From: a virus
Taxonomy: Duplodnaviria; Caudoviricetes
DNA length: 26,028 nt
Virus record (IMG/VR): IMGVR_UViG_3300014208_000272
Span: 1 to 26,028 of that record
Direction: 5' to 3' (one strand)
Shown: piece by piece, positions 16,801-24,325 of the stretch
How positions within the stretch are numbered: the first letter of the stretch is position 1
How the letters are laid out: every line of letters begins with the position of its first letter
Program-made: the position numbers and the translations under genes
The notes under the pieces: model-generated
Seen by the model: only the letters and a program-made list of their open reading frames with translations
What the model was told of the DNA's origin: nothing
Databases searched by the model: none

Positions 16801-18832
16801 TAAACATCATCGATGCGGCCCCGGCCATTTGCCTGAATCCTCCGAGTGAATCCGCTAATTGCGCGTTTTGCAAAGCGCCAAGCTGGTCTTGTAACTGTAT
16901 TTGCTTTTCAATGTTGCCAACTTTTCTGGCGTCATCAATCTCGCTTTGTTTGGTGTCTATCAGTTTGGTATAGTTTTCCGTAACTTTTACAAGATTTGTA
17001 AAAACCCCCATCAAGCGGCTAAATCCTTCCGTAGTGCTATCAAATAACGCGCTGGTAACGTCAGTCAAACCTTGCATGGATTGGCTTGTATTGTTTATTT
17101 CCTGTCCATAGGCGGCGACTTTGGTTTTCAAGTCTGCGAATTTTTGAGCATCGGCATTTTTAGATAACTGGTTTCCTATTTGATTTAATTGCCCAACATC
17201 CTTAATGCCTGCTGCCTTTGCTTTCTCGATAGCATATTCTTTAGCCGATAGCGTCAGTTGCTTATACTGATCGATTAACTGTTCCATTTGGGATTTAAAA
17301 GCATCATCCGCCAGTTGCACGGATTTGGCTTTCTCAAGTGCCTCTATTCGCTGTTGTGTCTGGTTTAAAAATTCGATAGTCGTGGTTTCGTTTACCCCGG
17401 CCTCATTCATGATGGCCGCTATCTGTTCGGCGGCATAGGTAGCCCTTTGCGCCGCATTCATGCCGACCTGTGCCTGCTCATCCTGAATTTGCTTGATGTA
17501 ATCCTGACTTGATTTAATGGCTGACTCATAGTTTCGTTTCTGTTCGTCTGCCGCTTGCTTGGCCGCGCGAGCCGCTTCGGATTCAACACTTGAACGATCC
17601 TTGCTCGATGAAACTCTGGAAGCATCTGCATTTTCTGTCGCTTGTTTTATGGCTACCAAGTCATTTATCTGTTCCTTGGTTAGATTTTTACTTTTCAACG
17701 ATTCCGCGTAAGCGGCTACATCGCCCTGTGTGCTTTTTATCTTTGCTATCGTCAGTTTTTCAGTTTCTTCCTTGTAAAATTTAGCTGTTTCTGTCGCCTG
17801 TTTTTGGGTTTCAATCAGTTTTTTATTGGCCTCTATTTCATCCTTTATGCTTCCAATTTTGGCTATGGATGCCGGTGGTTGTGCGCGTCCTGCCAAACTT
17901 ATATCCATGCCGTTATCTCCGGCCCCACCTGAATTTAAACCAATAGCGGCTTTAATGTTCTGGTAAAACTGTGCGAACTCTCGTAAATCCTTTGTTGTTA
18001 CTTCAATCTGCCGACTGATAAAGCGCAATATTGGCGTTAATACTTCGCTGACTGGTGTCTCAAGCACTCGCGCAAGGTTTACCCATGCGTTGCTTATGTC
18101 TGAATATTTAGCGGTTAAAGTATCGCCCGCCTTTTCCGCTGCTCCCTGGTATGATTTCAAGGAATCCGTGAGTATCCTGCCGAACATTTCTGATGTTAGC
18201 GTCCCGCTTGCGACAAGTTTTCTAAACTCACCGACCGTATACCCTGTTGTTTTGGCTATTTCGTTTAGCAATCCTGGCAATGGCTCAATAAGCTGCCTGA
18301 AATCCTCCATATTGACGATGCCAGAACCTAAAATTTGATTAAGGCCGTACATGGATTGTTTTAATTGTTCTGCGCTTGCCCCGGTCTTTGACTGTACGTT
18401 GCTTAATCCTTCCAGGATCGCCATTGATTGCTTGCGCGTTATCAAGCCAGCGTTTTCTATGGTTAAAAGCCCGGTATAGGAATCGGCTAATTCAAGATTG
18501 TTTTTGTGATGTTTAATTGATAAGTCCAATAAAAACTGTTGAACTTGGGCATAGTCTTTCGATGTTTTGGTAAGCCCTTGCAAGCGGATATTAACATTTT
18601 GGATGCGCTCTATTGTCTCAACAAGGTTACGGCTAAACGCGACAAGGCTTATTCCGGCAAGGATACCGCCAAAGGCTTGCAGTGCGGCCCCAGCCAATGC
18701 GAACTGTCTGTTTGCTCCTTGCGCTGCCGTGCCTGCGTTGTTCAAGCCGTCACGCAAATGGTTAAGTTCGCCGTTTACCTGATCGGCCCCGGTTGCCCGT
18801 ATGGTCACGCCTAATCGAATGTCATTTGCCAT
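13868..18832 (-). CDS. Tape measure protein (1654 aa)
   Basis: Longest ORF, after the chaperones, Ala/Gln-rich and helical. Has an N-terminal tape-measure domain (GLNQILGSGIVNMEDFRQLIE), central hydrophobic segments and C-terminal GSHRDGLDYVPYDGYIAQLHKGERVLT. Confidence 0.95.
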   Translation of the reverse strand: MANDIRLGVTIRATGADQVNGELNHLRDGLNNAGTAAQGANRQFALAGAALQAFGGILAGISLVAFSRNLVETIERIQNVNIRLQGLTKTSKDYAQVQQFLLDLSIKHHKNNLELADSYTGLLTIENAGLITRKQSMAILEGLSNVQSKTGASAEQLKQSMYGLNQILGSGIVNMEDFRQLIEPLPGLLNEIAKTTGYTVGEFRKLVASGTLTSEMFGRILTDSLKSYQGAAEKAGDTLTAKYSDISNAWVNLARVLETPVSEVLTPILRFISRQIEVTTKDLREFAQFYQNIKAAIGLNSGGAGDNGMDISLAGRAQPPASIAKIGSIKDEIEANKKLIETQKQATETAKFYKEETEKLTIAKIKSTQGDVAAYAESLKSKNLTKEQINDLVAIKQATENADASRVSSSKDRSSVESEAARAAKQAADEQKRNYESAIKSSQDYIKQIQDEQAQVGMNAAQRATYAAEQIAAIMNEAGVNETTTIEFLNQTQQRIEALEKAKSVQLADDAFKSQMEQLIDQYKQLTLSAKEYAIEKAKAAGIKDVGQLNQIGNQLSKNADAQKFADLKTKVAAYGQEINNTSQSMQGLTDVTSALFDSTTEGFSRLMGVFTNLVKVTENYTKLIDTKQSEIDDARKVGNIEKQIQLQDQLGALQNAQLADSLGGFRQMAGAASMMFSEQSAGRKALHNMELVFGAVELAVRLKNLLALGGEAILNQGKGDPYSAFARIAAMIAIVGGVIAAAGGAFSAGGGSASAPKGSADTGTVLGDSTATSDSANKVYELLKSIHADEYVELRGINKGVTALHDAITGTVNSIFRADSLGTGIYDNPDIRGLGTTIAGSTKLLTNVFLGIDTFAGKLGTMLFGGKITKEIVGGGIATAPISMADTMAGDLIGAAQYNIIKTSKTGGLFGKKKTSFDTVLSMINEDVQVSLSKLFKGVGDTMVSLAEVLGDGLAQKVKDYIIPIIMVELRGLSAEDASKKLNGVISTVLDQMATDVFGNIIGQYQKVGEGMLETAIRIVSELAVVRDALKQSGTAFSGDLIMIADSLVQAAGGLEEFQKQFSEFYDKFFSAEEKQQRLTEQLQGMLEGTFSQETINLLATSRDQYRKVMEALDLTNAADRERYSLLLKLSTAADQYYQSIEATAKAMAENAKALKQIMDGLYSGEQIDIADQLIAKYSEILQKAQAVGATGFDMISIYEAGLHEATDTINQSLSDLLSKFVAFSKSLQQVRTSIAGNIATLGGTGASSDPAYQQTIIDNLYKQLANTTDNAEKVNIISEINQAVMDRYQAELDMLGKVSDSVKQIKSYLDGLLIGDKSPLTNAEKLATAQAQWNTQLALAKAGDIDAMAGITQAADNYLTLARAYYASGADYTAIFQQVYDALATLANPAGISESEYKAKMLEYQTSAITELQQLDQTLLTIYANEKINFDNQSAKLIDTLESLKELVYMGINNIISNYVSGTLGRPTQPNESAYITQQLSSGVSPQDVYSDVIQRVDMQAQIDQAARDAMSALGRGLTATELQWIYDQFRSGVPKEQIYAVAGQYIQQQLAGSHRDGLDYVPYDGYIAQLHKGERVLTAGQSQGMSQELVLELRQLREEVRQLREENRKHTGDIIRTNYEANDNAAQQIVEVTREVPASQNWFARSKAEIK

Positions 18833-18955
18833 AAATTTTTGTTAAATCATTTTACCAACTATGTTATACTTTATTGCAAGAGGCTTGAGGATGATAGCTA
18901 TTTTACTGCCGCACAGGCAGCTTAGAAAATGCTAGTATATTGCCAAGCGCAACCA

Positions 18956-19306
18956 TCAAGTTTTATCCTTGAGTCTCTTATTAATCGTGTTGGCGATTGT
19001 CTTGGTGAACAGCATCACGCCTTCAAAACAATCTTTGCTTAACTTCATATCTAACCCATTCCATATTACACGCGCCGCCGGATAGTTTAAACCTATTAAT
19101 TCACCTAAACTGGTATATTGCCACGCGCAACCGTCTAAAACAAAAAAAGCCTCGATTACCTGGATATTTTCGCGCATCAGGTAAAAGTGGCTTTCTTCTA
19201 TTTCGATTTTCGGTAAGCTGATACCGAGCATCATGGCATCTTCGTCTAGTAAGGTTTCCTCTTCACCATCGGGCATCGAACAGTAATATTCTGCCGCCTC
19301 AATCAG
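18956..19306 (-). CDS. Tail assembly chaperone, frameshifted T part (DUF1799-like)
   Basis: The -1 frame is open from the slippery site: (K)LIEAAEYYCSMPDGEEE...ENIQVIEAF...WQY..LGELIGLNYPA. ATG 19276 lacks a clear ribosome-binding site. Confidence 0.75.
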   Translation of the reverse strand: MIEAAEYYCSMPDGEEETLLDEDAMMLGISLPKIEIEESHFYLMRENIQVIEAFFVLDGCAWQYTSLGELIGLNYPAARVIWNGLDMKLSKDCFEGVMLFTKTIANTINKRLKDKT

Positions 19307-19650
19307 TTTTTTCGTTTTACTGCTTTCCCCGCAATCGAATCGAAATAGCCCTTAACCAAAGCCAGTCTTACAAAGGGAACTGATAGGATCAAATCCTTAT
19401 TTTCGACGTTGAAAGGTATTGGCGCACCTGTTTCGTCCTTGAAAGCCTCATCATCCCACCCGATTAAAACATCTCGTAAAATATCGGCATCTTCCTCAGC
19501 CTCATTTTTGACTATTTCATCAATCCTGGCCTGTGGCAACATCTTAAATTTAACGCGTATTTTCTGATCGTTAAAACCGCCGCCGTCCATCGGCTCACTG
19601 ATAGTTATAGGCCAAGTGTATGCCTTGTCTTTTTTAATTATGAAAGCCAT
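19303..19650 (-). CDS. Tail assembly chaperone, G part (115 aa)
   Basis: Position between tube and tape measure. YTWPITI..P.DGG, LIGWD and PF motifs. Ends in RKN-stop on a slippery sequence. Confidence 0.85.
   Translation of the reverse strand: MAFIIKKDKAYTWPITISEPMDGGGFNDQKIRVKFKMLPQARIDEIVKNEAEEDADILRDVLIGWDDEAFKDETGAPIPFNVENKDLILSVPFVRLALVKGYFDSIAGKAVKRKN
19306..19312 (-). other. Programmed -1 ribosomal frameshift site A AAA AAC
   Basis: The minus strand reads CGA AAA AAC TGA. The X XXY YYZ heptamer is in the correct phase and a -1 slip joins the two ORFs into about 231 aa. Confidence 0.8.
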
Positions 19651-19949
19651 TAGATAATTCCTACTAATTTTCTTCCATTATTTTCATCGTCAGCTATTTT
19701 AACGCCAGGAACAAATGTAATTGCCTCTGCTACTGAATTTGTTCCATCATGATTTCTTTGATGTGTTGTGACTTGGACTACGCAACCTCCTTGAACTTCC
19801 ATTGCTTTTGTGCTTTTCATCCATCCCTCGGCTTGACTTGATGCTTTGCACAATAAGCGAAACATATCGCCATTGCCAACGACTTTAATATCAGGTACAT
19901 TTTTTTTTGCGCCCGATACATCTGAATTATACAAAGTTTTTTCTGACAT
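19650..19949 (-). CDS. Conserved phage hypothetical protein (99 aa, start revised to ATG 19949)
   Basis: Strong TAAGGAG site upstream of ATG 19949. KTLYNSDVSGA...GNGDMFRLLCKASSQAEGWMKSTKAME...CVVQVTT is a recurrent phage family of unknown function. TAATG coupling to the chaperone gene. Confidence 0.8.
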   Translation of the reverse strand: MSEKTLYNSDVSGAKKNVPDIKVVGNGDMFRLLCKASSQAEGWMKSTKAMEVQGGCVVQVTTHQRNHDGTNSVAEAITFVPGVKIADDENNGRKLVGII

Positions 19950-19977
19950 TTTTAACTCCTTATTAGTAAATTGGGTT

Positions 19978-20071
19978 GTCGCCTTTTTTGCACACGGGCG
20001 ACGCGTGCCTACTAGCCCATGAGGAGGCTGCAAACCATTGTTTCAATCCGCTCCCTTCGGTTAATAGGGAG
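19978..20071 (-). ncRNA. Candidate structured cis-regulatory RNA (hairpins plus H-type pseudoknot)
   Basis: CUCCCU/AGGGAG hairpin, AGCC/GGCU hairpin, then GCACGC-G-UCGCC-C-GUGUGC-AAAAAA-GGCGA. One G-U pair works only on the minus strand. Confidence 0.45.
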
Positions 20072-20094
20072 ATAAAATTATTTTATAACCAATT

Positions 20095-21273
20095 CTATTT
20101 ACAGGTAATCCTGACCTCATCATTACCGGCTGGCAGGAATGGCGTCATTTGTAGCGTGAAGTCCATCATGGCTATTCCGTCGCTGTCAGAATACTTGGGA
20201 TCTGATAACTGTGCATTAGGCGAAGTAAACGAAACAATATTACCGGCCACTGTGCCGTGTTTTACATGGAACGGCCCGTAAGTTCCGTTTTTACTTGATG
20301 TCCACCAGTCTTTAGCGGCTACCGATGTTGCCTCGATTGATACGCTTCCCGTTGGTTTTCTATCGGTAATCATGACCGACTCAGTACCGATCATCTGCCG
20401 GTAAATAACCGTGTTGGCAATATCAAATGATAGTTTTTGCACGACTGCCGCATTGTAGCCAATCAGGTTAATATCGGTTGTATTGGCCGTAGATACCGTA
20501 ACTGGAACCTGCCAGCCGGTAAAGTCTGCTGTTGGTAAAGTTTGATCGCTAATAACGCCAAGCAATCCAGTAAACTTCCATTTCATTTTAGGGATTGCTT
20601 TAACCGACAAGTCAAAGCTTACCGTGCCGCGCGCGCCAAGCAGAATATGACGAACGCCATCTACATTGAAATAAATAGATGCTGAGGTGTTGGCAATGGC
20701 CGTCCCAAAGTTGGAATTTGGCGTATAAACTACGTTAGCGCTAATTGAATAAGTGCTCGTTGCATCGGCCCCGACTGCCTGGGCTTTAGCCAGTGTTGCT
20801 ACTTTTGACGTGCCGTTGTAACTGATAATGCCTGAACTTTGACCATTGCCGGTCCCTGCGGTAATAGCCAGTGTCATGCCAACATAAAAGTCATCAACTG
20901 CCGACGCTGCCGCCGCCAGTTTAACCGTTGTAGTCGTACCGCCTGCTTGAGCCGATCCTGTGATAGCTGCCGCTGTTATCGTTTCGCTAAAGTTGGAGGC
21001 TTTAAGCAAAATCCCCCACTGTGGCGCAGTACCCGCCGCGCCTGAGCCTGCAATTTCTGTCTCGAAATCCATCGAAACAAAGTTTTCTACGCGGATATTA
21101 CCGGAAGCCCCAAAGAATGGCCGTATAAAATCCCGGCTTACGCTGGAACCTTCTAGCGGTGTTAAATTAAGGTTAGAACAAAGAACCGCATCCGCCGCCG
21201 CCGGTGTTGCATCCGATCCGTAGGTTGATTCAAGTCCTACTAAAATTACTCGCTTACGCTGGGCTAATGGCAT
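20095..21273 (-). CDS. Major tail tube protein with an internal ~78-aa insertion (392 aa)
   Basis: ESTYGSD, SRDFIRPFFG, EIAGSGAAGTAPQWG, GARGT, ITDRKPTGSV and GNDEVRI motifs of a siphovirus tail tube family. GGAG-rich ribosome-binding site. Confidence 0.85.
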   Translation of the reverse strand: MPLAQRKRVILVGLESTYGSDATPAAADAVLCSNLNLTPLEGSSVSRDFIRPFFGASGNIRVENFVSMDFETEIAGSGAAGTAPQWGILLKASNFSETITAAAITGSAQAGGTTTTVKLAAAASAVDDFYVGMTLAITAGTGNGQSSGIISYNGTSKVATLAKAQAVGADATSTYSISANVVYTPNSNFGTAIANTSASIYFNVDGVRHILLGARGTVSFDLSVKAIPKMKWKFTGLLGVISDQTLPTADFTGWQVPVTVSTANTTDINLIGYNAAVVQKLSFDIANTVIYRQMIGTESVMITDRKPTGSVSIEATSVAAKDWWTSSKNGTYGPFHVKHGTVAGNIVSFTSPNAQLSDPKYSDSDGIAMMDFTLQMTPFLPAGNDEVRITCK

Positions 21274-21433
21274 CGCCTTCTCCTTCAGGTTTTACTGGTT
21301 CAACATGCGCTTTTTTAATAGCTGCCTGTTCTTTTTCCCACTCGGCCAACGGGATACGAACGCCTTTTGTTGGATGGTTAATAAACGTCCCTGCTTCGCC
21401 GCTGTATTTGTCTACTGATTCCGGTTTTAACAT
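21254..21433 (-). CDS. Small hypothetical protein (59 aa), not in the ORF track
   Basis: MLKPESVDKYSGEAGTFINHPTKGVRIPLAEWEKEQAAIKKAHVEPVKPEGEGDAISPA. AAGG site upstream. Fills the gap between tail terminator and tube. Confidence 0.65.
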   Translation of the reverse strand: MLKPESVDKYSGEAGTFINHPTKGVRIPLAEWEKEQAAIKKAHVEPVKPEGEGDAISPA

Positions 21434-21435
21434 TG

Positions 21436-21864
21436 TTATGACCTTATGTACTGAATTGTTTTGTAACTGTCCCGCCAGATAAAAAAACCGTTGGCAAATG
21501 ACACCAAGGCCCCGCCTGAATATTCTAGCGGGTCTGCCGCCGTGTGTGGTTGCCAGCCTAGCAGAGCCGTTCTTATACTGTTTTGTAAGCCATGACTTAC
21601 GTCTGCCGCATCACTGCCGCGCGCATCCTTGACGTTTTTTAGTACGATAACCACGGCAAATATTAGCGTAACTTGCTGCATGGTTTTACTAATTAAAGTG
21701 CTCTGCGATACCGATACGCTTTCTTCAAAAACATAGCACCCAGGATCACCCAGACGGTTTGCCGTTATATTCTGTAAATCACTAGCCCCTTCGACTTCTT
21801 TAAACGCGGTTACCTGCGCCTTTATCCGTGCCTCAATAAGCGGCCTTAGATTTTCCATAATCAT
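21436..21864 (-). CDS. Tail terminator / Mu gp37-like protein
   Basis: Position after gp36. FAVVIV, IRTALLGWQP and IWRDSY motifs. Start may be ATG 21858. Confidence 0.75.
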   Translation of the reverse strand: MIMENLRPLIEARIKAQVTAFKEVEGASDLQNITANRLGDPGCYVFEESVSVSQSTLISKTMQQVTLIFAVVIVLKNVKDARGSDAADVSHGLQNSIRTALLGWQPHTAADPLEYSGGALVSFANGFFIWRDSYKTIQYIRS

Positions 21865-22249
21865 CTATCCCGAATACATTATCGCTCGATTCAATTACCA
21901 CATGCCCTGCTGTCGCCAGTACAATCCCGGTATCCAGGATTATCGTGCCTTTGGCTATCATCATCAAATACTTGATCGCGTCGTCATAGCGCTTGGTAAC
22001 TGTCTCTGTAGGTTGATCCTCATACAGATAATACCGCGCTATGTCTGCCGCAATGCGTAAGAAATTAACTGGCACAACGGCAAGCGGCAAATCGTAAGCC
22101 GTCAGGTAACTATTAATCTCGGCATCGGCATCAGCAATAGCCGCATTAATCACATCATCATCGATAGTGCCTAACGGCCCATCAGTGAGTTGGATTAACT
22201 CGGCCTCATCAAACCTGTCAATCAGGTTTTGTTTCGTGCAATACGGCAT
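21833..22249 (-). CDS. Mu gp36-like (DUF1320) head-tail connector
   Basis: YCTKQNLIDRF..ELIQLTD...AIADADAEINSYL..YDLPL...DIARYYLY...RYDDAIKYL. Confidence 0.92.
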   Translation of the reverse strand: MPYCTKQNLIDRFDEAELIQLTDGPLGTIDDDVINAAIADADAEINSYLTAYDLPLAVVPVNFLRIAADIARYYLYEDQPTETVTKRYDDAIKYLMMIAKGTIILDTGIVLATAGHVVIESSDNVFGIDDYGKSKAAY

Positions 22250-22287
22250 GGACAGGCTCTTTAATTACGTGCTTTGGCTCTTCCTTT

Positions 22288-22479
22288 TCATGTGTGCGCA
22301 GGTGCATCAGGCTTAGGCCCAGGCTTTTCCGGCATCACATCAACAATGAGCATCGGTTCCGCTTTCAGTTCGTCAAGTTGCTCTTTGGTAAAGTAATCAT
22401 TAGGCCATTGTACAGGTAAGAGCGTATGCGCTATGCCTGCCCGTCTAAAGCCTTCCTGTCTGGATACTATTCTAATCAT
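22288..22479 (-). CDS. Mu gp35 / HI1506-like protein
   Basis: GFRRAGIAH...FTKEQLDELKAEPMLIV, GGAG site, located between capsid and gp36. Confidence 0.85.
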   Translation of the reverse strand: MIRIVSRQEGFRRAGIAHTLLPVQWPNDYFTKEQLDELKAEPMLIVDVMPEKPGPKPDAPAHT

Positions 22480-22502
22480 GATTCGACTCCGCTCATCACC
22501 AG

Positions 22503-23399
22503 TTACCCCAGAGCTGGAATAACAACAACCTGAACGCTGTTGTACCAGATATTGTTAGCGCCGCCTGATCCGAATTGCGCGCTCACGATGCCGCGAATTG
22601 CTGCTTCATTTGATGGCCCCACAATAGCATGTGTTGGTTGTATGTTTTGCACCGATCCATCTGGTCTGTGTTGCGTACTCATGGCGATTCTTGCTGCAAC
22701 ATAAGCCGCGCTATCTAGCGTTGCCTTGCTGCCGTAAGCCAGTTGATGAAAGCCAAAGCCAGTGGTATATCGTGCGTCCATACCATAGATAAACTGCTTA
22801 TTAAAAAACACGTTTTCATCGGTTTCATTCGTTAATTGCACGAACTTGGGCGCTTGCCGGTTCTGAAAAATCATCGGTTTCATAAATGAACGCGATAAAT
22901 CCATTAAAAACCACGGCGCACTTGAGCCGCCGCCGGTGTTCGAATAGGAAGTTTCCGCGCCTGCTGCCGTATAACCAACATGATCTGTATCGAAGAAATA
23001 CTGTCCGTCAAGCCCTACTGTTGCAAAGCCTGTTAGCAAATTAGCCCAAACAAGATTATCAGGATGCTGCGCTGCAATCTCGCCCTGAATGGCGAAACGG
23101 TTGGCATAAATGCCCAGAGTTTCATCTTCAATATCAGTGCGGTTTACGCCAATCGTATGCTCGTAATGCTTGTTCGTCAGTTGGTAGTTGATTGATTCAA
23201 GATTGTTGATAACCCGATCGCCAACCCATTCACGCACGCCTGGAATGTCTTTCATCCATGCGTAGTTTTCGGTTTTTGTATTGGATGCAATTTCCATTGC
23301 AACCAGCGGCCATGTTGGCGTAACTGAGCCAACGCCTTTCAAAAATTGTGATTTAAAGCCCTGGCCAAGTGCTCTCAATACTGGAGGTGTAATTTGCAT
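22503..23399 (-). CDS. Major capsid protein, Mu gpT-like (298 aa)
   Basis: ENYAWM..IPGVREWVGDR, YEHTIGVNRTDIED, AAQHPD.LV, DGQYFFDTDH and KPMIFQ.R motifs. Confidence 0.95.
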   Translation of the reverse strand: MQITPPVLRALGQGFKSQFLKGVGSVTPTWPLVAMEIASNTKTENYAWMKDIPGVREWVGDRVINNLESINYQLTNKHYEHTIGVNRTDIEDETLGIYANRFAIQGEIAAQHPDNLVWANLLTGFATVGLDGQYFFDTDHVGYTAAGAETSYSNTGGGSSAPWFLMDLSRSFMKPMIFQNRQAPKFVQLTNETDENVFFNKQFIYGMDARYTTGFGFHQLAYGSKATLDSAAYVAARIAMSTQHRPDGSVQNIQPTHAIVGPSNEAAIRGIVSAQFGSGGANNIWYNSVQVVVIPALG

Positions 23400-23402
23400 G
23401 GC

Positions 23403-23831
23403 TTAGACTCCTAATCCTAGTTGTACCCAAACGCCGCCGGTATCCACCGCGACAATAATCCCGGCCCGTGATCGCAGTCCTGAGCCATTGGTTTTTGCGA
23501 CTGTCTGATCGTCAACAATGTAGCAATCCGCGCCAACATCAGCTTGCGCTATCAAATCTGTGCTTGCTGAATTGCCAAACTGAAAAATACCTTTCTTAAC
23601 TCGCGCCTTGATTGTTCCCGCAGTTCCGCCGGTTGTGGCCGTTCGATTATCAGCTTCTTCTTCAAAGCGTCCGATTGCCACAAGCCCAGTGGCGACCGTT
23701 GCGGGTGCGGCATAACCGGCATTAAGCACGGCAATCCCCCCGGCAAAGCATTGCGTATTGGAGGCAACCGGGTATTCTCCGACCTCACCATAGCGTTCTT
23801 TCGTGTTTCGTGCTGCTGCTAATGCGGCCAT
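23403..23831 (-). CDS. Probable head decoration / cement protein (142 aa)
   Basis: Between protease and capsid. GYAAPA...GRFEEEADN...CYIVDDQTV...AG.I..VD..GVWV pattern of Mu-like phages. Confidence 0.7.
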   Translation of the reverse strand: MAALAAARNTKERYGEVGEYPVASNTQCFAGGIAVLNAGYAAPATVATGLVAIGRFEEEADNRTATTGGTAGTIKARVKKGIFQFGNSASTDLIAQADVGADCYIVDDQTVAKTNGSGLRSRAGIIVAVDTGGVWVQLGLGV

Positions 23832-24325
23832 TATGCTGCCTCTCTGTTTGCAATCATTTCTTCATCGCTTAAGCCAAGAGCTTGAGCAACATCCTTTTCT
23901 TCTGCGGTCAATGCCGATAATCCTGGCACGGGCTGGATACCGCCTGTCTGCGTACCGGCAAGCGCCGCAATCGGTTTTGCCAGTGACAAGAAAGCCGACA
24001 AGCCCTCATAGTCTGCCTTGCCGTAAGTTTCGGCCCATTGTTTCAATGCGGGTAACAAGCGGCCATCAGCTAAAGCAGGTTCAATCAATTTGCTAATCTT
24101 GTCAGCATTAACTGTTGCCGTTAGCGTTGCCAGTTGCGCTTGTAAAGCGGTCACTGCATCGACTGGAACGAACTTTGCCGGATCGGGAATGGCAAGCGTT
24201 GCAATTTGCGCGGTTAAGGTTTCAACCTTAGCTGCTTGGGTTTTTAATGCGTTGATAGCCGATAGAATAGCGGCATCGTCCGCACCTTCGGCCAATCCTA
24301 AAGCTTCTAATTGCTCTTTATTCAT
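23831..24325 (-). CDS. Putative nested in-frame scaffold protein (Mu gpZ-like, 164 aa)
   Basis: Met171 follows the protease domain and is preceded by GCGAGAAACCG. The downstream sequence is a helical scaffold type (LGLAEGADD, PDPAKFVP, LTAEEKDVAQALGLS). Confidence 0.55.
   Translation of the reverse strand: MNKEQLEALGLAEGADDAAILSAINALKTQAAKVETLTAQIATLAIPDPAKFVPVDAVTALQAQLATLTATVNADKISKLIEPALADGRLLPALKQWAETYGKADYEGLSAFLSLAKPIAALAGTQTGGIQPVPGLSALTAEEKDVAQALGLSDEEMIANREAA

Noticed and set aside
18906-18920. CTGCC/GGCAG hairpin as an intrinsic terminator
   Set aside because: Only a 5-bp stem and no U-tract follows on either strand.
18891-18956. Mini-ORFs in the chaperone/tape-measure gap (14 aa on plus from 18891, 17 aa on minus from 18956)
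   Set aside because: Too short, with poor ribosome-binding-site spacing and no supporting features.
19975-20050. HDV-like (theta) ribozyme, suggested by CAGCCUCCUC-AU-GGGC resembling HDV P3/L3
   Set aside because: No 7-bp P1 can be formed. The register that gives P2 (UUUGCA/UGCAAA) has a non-consensus J4/2 (CGUG), and the register with CAAA lacks P2. Kept only as a generic structured-RNA candidate.
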